Shown here: positions 37,755-46,334 of the stretch, one piece after another
Layout of the letters: each line of letters starts with the position of its first letter
Position numbering within the stretch: position 1 is the stretch's first letter
Origin: Bryobacterales bacterium
Lineage (GTDB): Bacteria > Acidobacteriota > Terriglobia > Bryobacterales > UBA6623
Assembly (NCBI GenBank): GCA_965238125.1
Contig: OZ250179.1
Location: forward strand, 2,406,723-2,470,722
Reading direction: 5' to 3'
DNA length: 64,000 bases
Translations under genes and position numbers: made by a program
The notes under the pieces: model-generated
The model's database searches: none
The model's input: only the letters and a program-made list of their open reading frames with translations
What the model was told of the DNA's origin: nothing

Positions 37755-38972
37755 TTGAAAAGGAGGCGACCAGCCATGAAGAAGAATAGCAAACAACAGA
37801 CCGACAAGAACCAAACCGACAAACACCAAACCAAGAAAGCCGACAGCTCACAAGCGAAGACCCGCCAACTCACCCAGCTCGAACAACAGTTGGCGCAACA
37901 ACGCATCCAGATGCAAAAAGACAACGAAATTTGCGCCGTCGCCGGCGTCGACATCGGCGACAAACGTTGCTTCGTACGGCTCACCGACCTCGCCGGCGAA
38001 AGCCTCGAGGAATGCCAAGTCCCCACCCGCCCGGAGGTCTTGGATCGCTGGTTCCGCCGTTGGCCGCGGCTGCGCATTGTGATCGAAACCGGCAGCCACA
38101 GCAACTGGATTCGCCGCCGCCTGGCCGCCCTCGCCCACGACGTGCTCGTCGCCGACGCGCGGCAATTGCGTTTAATCAGCCAATCCGACTCGAAAAACGA
38201 CCGCAACGACGCCTATTGGTTGGCCGAGCTGGGACGCACCAACCCGGCCCTGTTGAATCCCGTCGCGCCGCGCAAGCTCGAGACCGAACAACAACGCACG
38301 TTGTTGCGGGCGCGCGAGGCCGTGCTCGAGTGCCGCACGAAATTGAAAGGGAGTTTGCGCGGCATGGCGAAGTCGCACGGCATCCGCTTGGGCCAATGCG
38401 CCCAGAACCAATGGGTCGAGCGCGTCCGGGAGGCCTGCCCCGAGGTGTTGCACGCGGCGTTGTTGGGGGTGGCGACACAAATCGAAAGCCTCGGCGCGAC
38501 GATCCGCGAATATGACAAACAAATCGTCGCGTTGGGCAAGCAATACGCAGCGGTCGAGCGGCTGCGAACGATCGGAGGGGTGGGGCCGCTGACGGCGTTG
38601 ACGTTCGTGTTGGCGCTCGACAACGACCCGGGCCGCGTGAAGCGTTCGCGGCAGGTCGGCGCGCTGGTGGGGCTGCGTCCCAAGCAACGCCAATCGGGCG
38701 AGCGGTCACTGCGGCTGGGCGTGACGAAATCGGGAGATCCGCTGCTGCGGCGGACGTTGATTCAGTGCGCGCACTGGGTGCTGGGGCCGTTCGGGACCGA
38801 CTCCACGCTCAGGCGCTGGGGTTTGGGTTTGGCGGCGCGCGGCGGAGGACATGCGAAGAAGCGGGCGGTGGTGGCGGTGGCGCGCAAGTTGGCGGTGCTG
38901 ATGCATGTGTTGTGGGTGAAACAAGAAAACTACGATCCGCTGCACGGGCTGACGGAAACGGTTTCCCCATAA
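37755..38972 (+). CDS. IS110-family (DEDD) transposase/recombinase
   Basis: 405 aa. Differs from 24892..26109 at two residues. Confidence 0.95.
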   Translation: MKRRRPAMKKNSKQQTDKNQTDKHQTKKADSSQAKTRQLTQLEQQLAQQRIQMQKDNEICAVAGVDIGDKRCFVRLTDLAGESLEECQVPTRPEVLDRWFRRWPRLRIVIETGSHSNWIRRRLAALAHDVLVADARQLRLISQSDSKNDRNDAYWLAELGRTNPALLNPVAPRKLETEQQRTLLRAREAVLECRTKLKGSLRGMAKSHGIRLGQCAQNQWVERVREACPEVLHAALLGVATQIESLGATIREYDKQIVALGKQYAAVERLRTIGGVGPLTALTFVLALDNDPGRVKRSRQVGALVGLRPKQRQSGERSLRLGVTKSGDPLLRRTLIQCAHWVLGPFGTDSTLRRWGLGLAARGGGHAKKRAVVAVARKLAVLMHVLWVKQENYDPLHGLTETVSP

Positions 38973-39276
38973 GGCAGGGACGATGAGGCGCAGTCGGCGG
39001 CAACGGTTTCGGATGAAGCAACGTGATGAGGACATCCGCGAGCCCCCTAACGGGGACTCGGCGGCAAGAAGATTCCTGTTGAAAGGAAGGGAGTAGGGGA
39101 TTGGGCGGACGAAGCGAGGCCGCGGCGGAGAATCGAGATCGTGTCACGGTGACTGCGGGCTCTGGGCAGGCAGGCCGATTCTTTCGAGGATGGGTCGAAG
39201 CCGCAACAGAGAGAGCAGCGCCGAAAGACCGGACCCCAACCAGCAGAGGTCAACAACGAGACCGATAACACTGCGA

Positions 39277-39489
39277 ATGGAAGCCCGGTCCTCAACGCGC
39301 CGCAAGGCATGAGGACCCGGGCCGGATCCGACAAACCGACCAACGCCTCCCAACGACCGCCCTTGACAAGCGACCCACCTCTCATGGAAGCCCGGTCCTC
39401 AACGCGCCGCAAGGCATGAGGACCCGGGCCGGATCCGACAAACCGACCAACGCCTCCCAACGACCGCCCTTGACAAGGACCCACCTCTC
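39277..39489 (+). repeat. Tandem duplication (107 + 106 bp) of the 3' sub-terminal region of IS110 copy 2
   Basis: Units 39277-39383 and 39384-39489. Each starts with atggaagccc and contains the strong hairpin gcccggtcctca..tgaggacccgggc and the right sub-terminal inverted repeat. Copy 1 has a single unit (26414-26520). Confidence 0.9.
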
Positions 39490-39706
39490 ATGGAGCCCAG
39501 AGCGCAAGCGACGGGCCAAGGGCACACAACCGCCAAGTGCTCCGGCACCGCGGTCGCGTCGAACGATCGTTCCTACGCCCCGTCCACGTCCGGGGCTTAT
39601 CGTGATTCTTGGGTGGAGGACTCCGGCTTCCGCTTCGCTCCACCTTGGGCTACTGTCCGCCGCCCCCTACCGCGGGCTGCGGCGGCGGTTGCAGTAAGAT
39701 TGAGCG

Positions 39707-40648
39707 GTGGGAAGCGGCGAAAAAAGGGCGGGGTTGCAACGGTTGATCGCCGGTGCCGTGTTCGACATCACCGGGGTGGGCCTGATCGCTTTTTCCTTGA
39801 TCCAGCAACGGGACGAACTGCTGTGGGTGGGCGTGGGCCTGATGGCGGTCGGATCGATGTTGATCGTCGGATGGGCGCGCGAACAGTCGCGCCTGGAAGC
39901 GGCGACGCCGACACAGAAACCGGTCGCGGAGTGGTTGGTGGAGCCGGAACTGGCGCTGCCGCCGCCTCGCCGTGTGGAGCTCACCTCGACGGGCCGCTGG
40001 CGGCTATGGCTTTGGCTTGCCGCGGTCGCGGCGGCTGTGCTCTATACGAACGGGTATCCGCGAAGAGCGCAGCCGATGGAGGCGGCCTTTGCGGAGTTCG
40101 GGGTGGAAACCGAAGCGATTGTCCACGACAAGCAGCAGCGCACAAGCGCGGGCGGCGAGCCCCGCTACTACCTCTACTACCATTTCGAGGATCGGCGGGG
40201 CGAACAGGTTCGAGCTTCAACGGCGGTCGGCGAGAGCGTCTACGCGTCTCACGGTGAAGGCGATAGGATTCGGGTGGTCTATCTTGCCAACGATCCGCTT
40301 TCGCATCAGATCCAAGGCGTCGAGGACGACCGTTTGCGGCCGGAAGGGCTGGCGGCGTTGGCCGCGCTGGCGGCGGCGTTGACGGCACTCGAGCTGCAAC
40401 GCCGAAAGCACAAGCGCTTGGTCACGGCGGGATCAGCGGTGGGCGGGACGGTCTTGGAGGTGTCGCGAACCGGCGCGGCGTCGAAGTACACGGTCTCGGT
40501 GGAGACGGGCGGGGCGGAGAGGACGCTGCGGCACTCCGAGCGGGCTTGTCGGCTGCGGGTTGGCGACCGTGTGACGGTGTTGTATTGGCCGGATATGCCG
40601 TCGGACATGGTGCTTTATCGGGGGGCGGTTTATCGGGCGTTGGGGTGA
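39707..40648 (+). CDS. Membrane protein with two DUF3592-like modules
   Basis: TM segments followed by beta-rich modules (EAIVHDKQQRTSAGGEPRYYLYYHFEDRRGEQV..GDRIRVVYLANDP, and a second ..GDRVTVLYWPDMP). GTG start. Confidence 0.6.
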   Translation: MGSGEKRAGLQRLIAGAVFDITGVGLIAFSLIQQRDELLWVGVGLMAVGSMLIVGWAREQSRLEAATPTQKPVAEWLVEPELALPPPRRVELTSTGRWRLWLWLAAVAAAVLYTNGYPRRAQPMEAAFAEFGVETEAIVHDKQQRTSAGGEPRYYLYYHFEDRRGEQVRASTAVGESVYASHGEGDRIRVVYLANDPLSHQIQGVEDDRLRPEGLAALAALAAALTALELQRRKHKRLVTAGSAVGGTVLEVSRTGAASKYTVSVETGGAERTLRHSERACRLRVGDRVTVLYWPDMPSDMVLYRGAVYRALG

Positions 40649-40706
40649 AGGTGCGGGCGGCGGGTTTGCGTGAGGGGCCTTTGGTGTTGTCGCGGGGACG
40701 CTACGC

Positions 40707-40755
40707 GGGACATGTCGGCACGAATGCCGACACGGCTCGCCTGGAGGCGCGCGCC
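40707..40755 (+). repeat. Intergenic hairpin repeat, family 1
   Basis: gggacatgtcggcacgaatgccgacacggctcgcctggaggcgcgcgcc. Confidence 0.8.
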
Positions 40756-40910
40756 ACGTCTTGCCGTCGGGCTTTGAAAGGCGTGGGCAGGGGCTAAATG
40801 CTTGCGTTTCACGGGTTTGATGGTGCATAGTGAGAGCGTTATGCTGCGGCCGCGAACGGGTCGAGGCGTTACGACCATGACTTCCGGGCGGTTGATAGGC
40901 GATATGGACG

Positions 40911-42170
40911 ATGGAGAGCCCCAGAGTAGACGCGCCCATCGTCTACCTCACGGAATTGACCGGCATGCGCGTCGACGGCCCCAAAGGCCGGCGCATCGGA
41001 CGCATCCGCGAGGTGGCGATCGCTCCGAGCGAACACGCGCGACGTGTGTCTCGCTTTTTGCTCGGGGGCGGCAAAACGGCCTTCATGGTGCGTCAGGACC
41101 AGGTGCGTTCGATTTCCCCCGAACGCGTTGAACTCGCCGACGACCGCTTCGTTCCCTACTATCCCGACGAAGGCTTGCTGCTGCTCGGCAAAGACCTTCT
41201 CGACCAGCAAATCGTCGACGTCAACGGACGCAAGGTCGTTCGCGTCAACGACGTCGCTCTGCGCATCGTTTCGATCAACGGTCACGACGAGCTGTGGATT
41301 GAAGAGGTCGGCGTGGGGTTGCAAGGGGCTTTCCGCCGACTGACGGAAGGGGTTTTGCCGGCAACGTTGATTCGGCGGCTGCAACAGCGCATCAAACCCA
41401 ACTCGATCCCCTGGGACTACTGCAATATCGTCGAGCCCGACCCGCAACGGCGCCTCACGCTGAAGATTTCGCACGACCGCATCGGCCGCATTCACCCGGC
41501 CGATCTAGCCGACATTGTGGAGGACCTGCCCCCGGCCGAACGCGAGGCGCTGTTTGAAACCCTGGACGATCACGTCGCGGCCGAGGCGCTGAGCGAGGTG
41601 GACCCGAAAATTCAAGTTTCGATCGTCGAGCACCTCGACAAAGAACGAGCCGCCGACATTCTCGAGGAAATGGCGCCGGACTCCGCCGCCGATGTGTTGG
41701 GCGAATTGCACGAGGAAACGAGCCTGGAAATCCTCAAGGATATGGAGGACGTTCCGGCGGCGGAAGTCGAGGAGCTGCTCGAGTACGAAGAAGATACAGC
41801 AGGGGGGCTGATGAACACCCAGTTCGTGGCGCTCCAAGAACACGCTCTGGTGAAGGACGCCGCCGCCGCTTTCGAAGACCACCAGAACCTGCTGCCAACC
41901 TTGACCCACATATTCCTGACCGACGCGAAGGACCACCTGATCGGCGTCGTGCCGGTGGCTCGACTTACCGTCGCCGAACCGCGCACGCCGTTGCGCAAGT
42001 TGGCGGTGCTGGACGTGGTGACGGTTGACGTCGACGCGGACGAGGAAATGGTGGTCGAGCTTTTCGATAAGTACAATCTGTTTGCGCTGCCGGTGATCGA
42101 CGAGGATGAGGAGCTTTGCGGGGTGATTACGGCGGATGACGTGATCGGGGTCTTGGCGCCGGATCGGTAG
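40911..42170 (+). CDS. Soluble PRC-barrel / MgtE-N / tandem-CBS protein (MgtE cytosolic module without the membrane domain)
   Basis: 419 aa. Acidic helical region DLADIVEDLPPAEREALFETLDDHVAAEALSEVDP..AADILEEMAPDSAADVLGEL (MgtE_N-like), then two CBS-like repeats. It ends right after the second (..CGVITADDVIGVLAPDR) with no TM segments. Confidence 0.8.
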   Translation: MESPRVDAPIVYLTELTGMRVDGPKGRRIGRIREVAIAPSEHARRVSRFLLGGGKTAFMVRQDQVRSISPERVELADDRFVPYYPDEGLLLLGKDLLDQQIVDVNGRKVVRVNDVALRIVSINGHDELWIEEVGVGLQGAFRRLTEGVLPATLIRRLQQRIKPNSIPWDYCNIVEPDPQRRLTLKISHDRIGRIHPADLADIVEDLPPAEREALFETLDDHVAAEALSEVDPKIQVSIVEHLDKERAADILEEMAPDSAADVLGELHEETSLEILKDMEDVPAAEVEELLEYEEDTAGGLMNTQFVALQEHALVKDAAAAFEDHQNLLPTLTHIFLTDAKDHLIGVVPVARLTVAEPRTPLRKLAVLDVVTVDVDADEEMVVELFDKYNLFALPVIDEDEELCGVITADDVIGVLAPDR

Positions 42171-42184
42171 GGGGTTAGACGAGG

Positions 42185-42292
42185 GTCCGGCTGCGCGAAA
42201 AAAGGGTACAGCCACCGATTTTCGCCGTCCGTCGGCGTTGGACGGCGGGGCCTTTCGAGACGCGAAAGTCGCATGGCAGTCCCCCTTTTTCG
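42185..42292. repeat. Inverted pair of family 3 repeat arms
   Basis: gtccggctgcgcgaaaaaagggtacagccaccgattttcgcc ... gcgaaagtcgcatggcagtccccctttttcg, with a central hairpin ccgtcc..ggacgg. Confidence 0.7.
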
Positions 42293-42318
42293 TCCGTGAT
42301 TCCAATGTTTGTGGTTTT

Positions 42319-42385
42319 GGACCGACAGGAGTGTCGGTCCGGACTTTGGGCTGGGAGCGGCACGAGTGCCGGTCACTACTGGGGT
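42319..42385. repeat. Two family 2 hairpin units
   Basis: ggaccgacaggagtgtcggtccggactttgggct / gggagcggcacgagtgccggtcactactgggg. Confidence 0.7.
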
Positions 42386-42413
42386 GTCGGGGGGTGCGGA
42401 GCGCTGAAGTTTC

Positions 42414-43646
42414 ATGCTGAAGAGCTTGCGACAGCGGATGGTTGTGTTTCTGGGCGTTTTGGGGCCCGGGGTGATCACGGCTGTCGTCGACAACGACGCG
42501 GGCGGGCTGCTGATGTATTCCGAAGCCGGCGCGCGCTGGGGCTACGTCACGCTGTGGACGATGATTCCGGTCACGTTGATCTTGATCGTCACCCAGGTGA
42601 TGTGCGCTCGCATGGCGGCGGTAACCGGCAAGGGACTGTCCGACCTGATTCGGGAAGAGTTCGGGCTGCGGACGACGTTTCTGGTGATGGTGGCGCTGCT
42701 GGCGGTCAACCTGACCAACGTCACGGCCAATTTCGCGGGGATCGCCGGCTCGCTTGAATTGTTCCAAATCGACCGCGCGATCTCGGTGCCGTTGGGGGCG
42801 CTGCTGGTGTGGACGTTGGTCGTTCGCGGCACCTACCGGGTGGTGGAGAAAATTTTCCTCGTCGCAAGCTTCCTGTTCGTGGCGTATGCGATATCAGCTT
42901 TCCTCGTGAAGCCGGATTGGGACGAAGCTTTCCGTGCGATGGTGACGCCGGTGGTGAATTTCGATGGTCCTTATCTGGCGATCTTGATCGGCCTGGTGGG
43001 AACATCGGTCGCGCCCTGGATGCAGTTTTACTTGCAGGCATCCATCGTCGAAAAGGGCGTGGATCTCAAGCAGTATCCTGAGTCGCGAGCCGAGGTCGTG
43101 ATCGGCTGCGTGGTGATGGCGTTCATCAAGTTTTTCGTGATCGTCGCGTGCGCTGGAGCCATTTGGGCGCACGGACCGAGACAGATTACGGACATTTCCG
43201 AGGCCGCGGTCGCCTTGCGTCCGTTGGGCGAGTACGCCTACATCTTGTTCAGCGCGGGGCTGTTCAATGCATCGCTCCTGGCGGCGAGCGTTCTACCTCT
43301 TTCCACGGCGTATTCGGTTTGCGAAGGGTTAGGATTTGAGTCGGGAGTGAACCATCGTTTTTCGGAAGCGAAGGTCTTCTATTGGCTCTACACGCTGCTC
43401 ATCGTGGTAGGGGCGGGATTGGTATTGCTGCCGTCGTTTCCGCTGGTGCGGATGATTTTGCTTTCGCAGGTGCTGAACGGAGTATTGCTGCCGCTGATTT
43501 TGATCTTAATTTTGATTTTGGTGAATCGGCGCGGGTTGATGGGCGAGTGGGTGAACTCACCTCTCTATAACCTGGTGGCCTATGGTGCCGTCGCTATGAT
43601 AATTGTCTTGTCGGCGACGTGGGCGGTGGTTTCGATCATGGCGTAG
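42414..43646 (+). CDS. Nramp/SLC11-family divalent cation transporter with non-canonical metal site
   Basis: 410 aa, about 11 TM. TM1 reads AVVDNDAGGLLMYSEAGA where canonical Nramps have DPGN. TM6 reads GLVGTSVAPWMQFYLQAS where they have G.(T/I)(V/I)MPH. Confidence 0.85.
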   Translation: MLKSLRQRMVVFLGVLGPGVITAVVDNDAGGLLMYSEAGARWGYVTLWTMIPVTLILIVTQVMCARMAAVTGKGLSDLIREEFGLRTTFLVMVALLAVNLTNVTANFAGIAGSLELFQIDRAISVPLGALLVWTLVVRGTYRVVEKIFLVASFLFVAYAISAFLVKPDWDEAFRAMVTPVVNFDGPYLAILIGLVGTSVAPWMQFYLQASIVEKGVDLKQYPESRAEVVIGCVVMAFIKFFVIVACAGAIWAHGPRQITDISEAAVALRPLGEYAYILFSAGLFNASLLAASVLPLSTAYSVCEGLGFESGVNHRFSEAKVFYWLYTLLIVVGAGLVLLPSFPLVRMILLSQVLNGVLLPLILILILILVNRRGLMGEWVNSPLYNLVAYGAVAMIIVLSATWAVVSIMA

Positions 43647-43724
43647 CGACTGTTCCCCGCCCCGCTCGCCCCCCGCTCCCCTCGCCCCCGCTCCAATGAA
43701 CGGCCCGATGCCGGCGCGTTAATC

Positions 43725-44513
43725 ATGGATTACTTTGTTGTCGGGCTGGTTTCGATGGCGGTCGCGGCCCTAACCCTGTTTTCGGGGTTCGGGCTGGGGT
43801 CGCTGCTGATGCCGGCGTTCGCGCTGTTTTTTCCCCTGCATGTGGCGGTCGGCGCCACGGCGATTGTTCACCTGGCGAACAACCTATTCAAGCTGGCCCT
43901 GGTGGGCAAGCATGCGTCGCTGCCGATCGCCTTGCGGTTCGGCGGACCGGCGGTGCCGGCGGCCTTCGCGGGAGCACTGATTCTCGGGTCGATCGCCGCC
44001 GGGGATGCGCTGCTGACCTACACCCTGGCGGGCCGCTCGTTTTCGATTACGCTTGTCGGGTTGGTGATGGGATTGCTGATCTTGGTCTTTTCGCTCGCCG
44101 ACTTGCTGCCGTTTTTCGATCGTCTCCGGTTAGGGATGCCGTGGCTGCCGGTCGGAGGTGTTCTATCGGGGCTGTTCGGCGGAATTTCGGGACATCAAGG
44201 GGCGCTGCGGGCGGCGTTTCTGATCAATTGCGGGTTGGGGCGAGATGCATTCATTGGAACGAACGTCGTCTGCGCGGTGATGGTCGATGTTGTTCGACTG
44301 ACGGTCTACGGAACAATGTTTCTTTCGGGCAATCTCGCGGCGACCGACGGCCCCCCGATCGTCGGGTTGGTATTGGCGGCGACGGGATCGGCCTTTTGCG
44401 GATCCTTCCTGGGTGCTCGCTACATGAAAAAGGTGACCTTGGGTACCGTGAGGCGCTTGGTAGGGGCGTTGCTGTTGCTGTTGGGATTGGCGGTCGCCGC
44501 GGGCTGGGTTTGA
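43725..44513 (+). CDS. TauE/SafE (TSUP) family anion exporter-like membrane protein
   Basis: 262 aa with two internally repeated 4-TM halves. Contains FSGFGLGSLLMPAFALFF and GGISGHQGALRAAFL. Confidence 0.8.
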   Translation: MDYFVVGLVSMAVAALTLFSGFGLGSLLMPAFALFFPLHVAVGATAIVHLANNLFKLALVGKHASLPIALRFGGPAVPAAFAGALILGSIAAGDALLTYTLAGRSFSITLVGLVMGLLILVFSLADLLPFFDRLRLGMPWLPVGGVLSGLFGGISGHQGALRAAFLINCGLGRDAFIGTNVVCAVMVDVVRLTVYGTMFLSGNLAATDGPPIVGLVLAATGSAFCGSFLGARYMKKVTLGTVRRLVGALLLLLGLAVAAGWV

Positions 44514-44797
44514 GCGTTTTTCTCGACGGGACCGAGCGTCGGAGAGGGATGCGAAGCGGCGTGGGCTGGGAGGGCGCGGCGTCAACCGGCGACGGGTTAC
44601 CCGTTCAACCCCAAAAAATCCTCGTTCAGCCGATTTTTCCGCCCAACTAGGGTTGTTCCTGTTGGCCTGCATGGTTGAACCATGCTATTCTGACCTTGTC
44701 TACACAAGCAAATTTGGTTTCAAACCTTGGTCGGGCAGCCGCTTTGCGATTGCCCGACTTTTTTGTGGGGTCAAGACTCTTCGCGGCGAGGGCAGAG

Positions 44798-44856
44798 GAC
44801 ATGTCGGCACGAATGCCGACATACACGAATGCCGACACGGCTCTTCTGGAGGCTCA
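44798..44856 (+). repeat. Intergenic hairpin repeat, family 1 (with internal 13-nt reiteration)
   Basis: ggacatgtcggcacgaatgccgacatacacgaatgccgacacggctcttctggaggc. Confidence 0.75.
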
Positions 44857-44870
44857 TACTCGTCCGCTGT

Positions 44871-46307
44871 TTAGCTCAAAATGTCGTGGACGACATGGCC
44901 GTGGACGTCGGTGAGGCTGACGTCGCGGCCGCCGAAGCGGTAGGTCAGCCGTTCGTGGTCCAGACCGAAAAGGTGCAGGATGGTGGCGTGGATGTCGTGC
45001 ACCGTGGTGATGTTCTCGACCGAATGCATGCCCATCTCATCGGTTGCGCCGTAGACGGTGCCGCCCTTGATCCCGGCGCCGGCCATCCATATTGAAAACG
45101 CGGTTTCGTGATGGTCGCGGCCGTGCGCGTTGCCCGTGTGGGGCGTGCGACCGAACTCAGTCCCCCAAACGACCAGAGTCTCATCGAGCATGCCGCGCGA
45201 GCGCAGGTCTTTGATCAGCGCGGTGACGCCTTGGTCAGTGATGAAGGCATTGTTCCAGTGGTTTTCCTTGAGATCGGTGTGCTGGTCCCAGGTGCCGTTA
45301 TTGCCGCCGTAGAGGTCCGGGCAGGTCACTTCAACGAATCGCACACCGGCTTCGATCAGGCGGCGGGCACGAAGACACTGCAGGCTGTAGTGGTACTTGG
45401 GCTTGTGGGTCGTATCGAGCCCGTACAACTTCTTCGTCGCTTCGCTCTCCCGATCGAGGTTCAGCACATCGGGAACGAGCGATTGCATGCGGTAAGCCAG
45501 CTCGTAGTTGTAGATCGCCGACTCGACCGCGTCGTCAGAGCCCGTCGAGGCGAGAAACGAGCGATCTTGCGCCAACAGGGCGTCAAGCTTGGCCCGCTGC
45601 ACGCGCGGGTTCTCATCGGAGGGAACGATGTTGTCGATCGGCGTTCCCTTGGCCTTCACCAGCATGGCCTGATAGGTGGCCGGCAGAAAGCCGTTGGCGT
45701 AGCTTTCCAAGCCGCCCGGAGGAATGGTTCCGCCGTGCAACAGGACGTACCCGGGCAGGTCCCTATTCTCGCTGCCGAGGCCGTAGTTGATCCATGACCC
45801 GAGGCTGGGGTGACCACCCACCGAACGGCCCGTGTGCATCAGCATATTGCCGCGCGGATGTAGCGGGAAGCCGGTCTTCATCGAGCGGACCACCGCTAAT
45901 TCATCGGCGCAGGTCGCGAGGTGCGGAAATACGTCGCTGATGGGAATGCCGGATTCGCCGTAGCGGTGAAACTCAAAGGGGCATTTCTTCCATTTACGGC
46001 GACCGTCCGGGGTCTGATTCTCTCCGTGAAGCTCGGCCAGCTTGGGCTTCGGGTCGAAGGTATCGACGTGCGAAACCGCGCCCGGCATGTAGCAGAAGAT
46101 GATGTTCTTGGCCTTGGGCGCGAAATGCGGTCCGGTGGGGCCGGAGAGCCCGGCGTAAGAATCCTCGGCCATCAACGAGGAAAGCGCCAGCAGACCGAAG
46201 CCGTTCGAGGCGTAGGTCAGCATCTGGCGGCGCGTCATGGGGCGCGCGCCGTAACCGGGGCAAGCCTTTCCAGTTGTCAACTGCTCTTGACTCGTCTCGT
46301 GACTCAT
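44871..46307 (-). CDS. DUF1501 domain protein (sulfatase-fold, Tat-signal)
   Basis: TRRQMLTYASNGFGLLALSSL. Typical partner and position downstream of a DUF1553/PSCyt gene. Confidence 0.85.
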   Translation of the reverse strand: MSHETSQEQLTTGKACPGYGARPMTRRQMLTYASNGFGLLALSSLMAEDSYAGLSGPTGPHFAPKAKNIIFCYMPGAVSHVDTFDPKPKLAELHGENQTPDGRRKWKKCPFEFHRYGESGIPISDVFPHLATCADELAVVRSMKTGFPLHPRGNMLMHTGRSVGGHPSLGSWINYGLGSENRDLPGYVLLHGGTIPPGGLESYANGFLPATYQAMLVKAKGTPIDNIVPSDENPRVQRAKLDALLAQDRSFLASTGSDDAVESAIYNYELAYRMQSLVPDVLNLDRESEATKKLYGLDTTHKPKYHYSLQCLRARRLIEAGVRFVEVTCPDLYGGNNGTWDQHTDLKENHWNNAFITDQGVTALIKDLRSRGMLDETLVVWGTEFGRTPHTGNAHGRDHHETAFSIWMAGAGIKGGTVYGATDEMGMHSVENITTVHDIHATILHLFGLDHERLTYRFGGRDVSLTDVHGHVVHDILS

Positions 46308-46334
46308 GGAGACTACACTTCCTCTATCGCAACT

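Larger units (their letters stand above)
37664..39518 (+). mobile_element. IS110-family element, IS1111-like, copy 2 (with 107-bp internal tandem duplication)
   Basis: Collinear with 24801..26550. I saw 1 mismatch in the leader, 2 amino-acid changes in the transposase (A->V, R->Q) and two 1-nt deletions near the right end. Confidence 0.9.

Noticed and set aside
24801-39518. Composite transposon formed by the two IS110 copies
   Set aside because: IS110-family elements transpose as single units via circular intermediates with site-specific targets. Both copies sit in their own copy of the target repeat, so independent insertions are the simpler explanation.
41505-42767. 420-aa minus-strand ORF, with similar long antisense ORFs at 13512-14540, 17202-18275, 18007-18801, 45921-46874, 46905-48059, 48099-49643, 55003-55887, 32977-33897 and 23809-24576
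   Set aside because: Each overlaps a motif-supported gene on the other strand and translates to Arg/Pro/Gly-rich low-complexity sequence.
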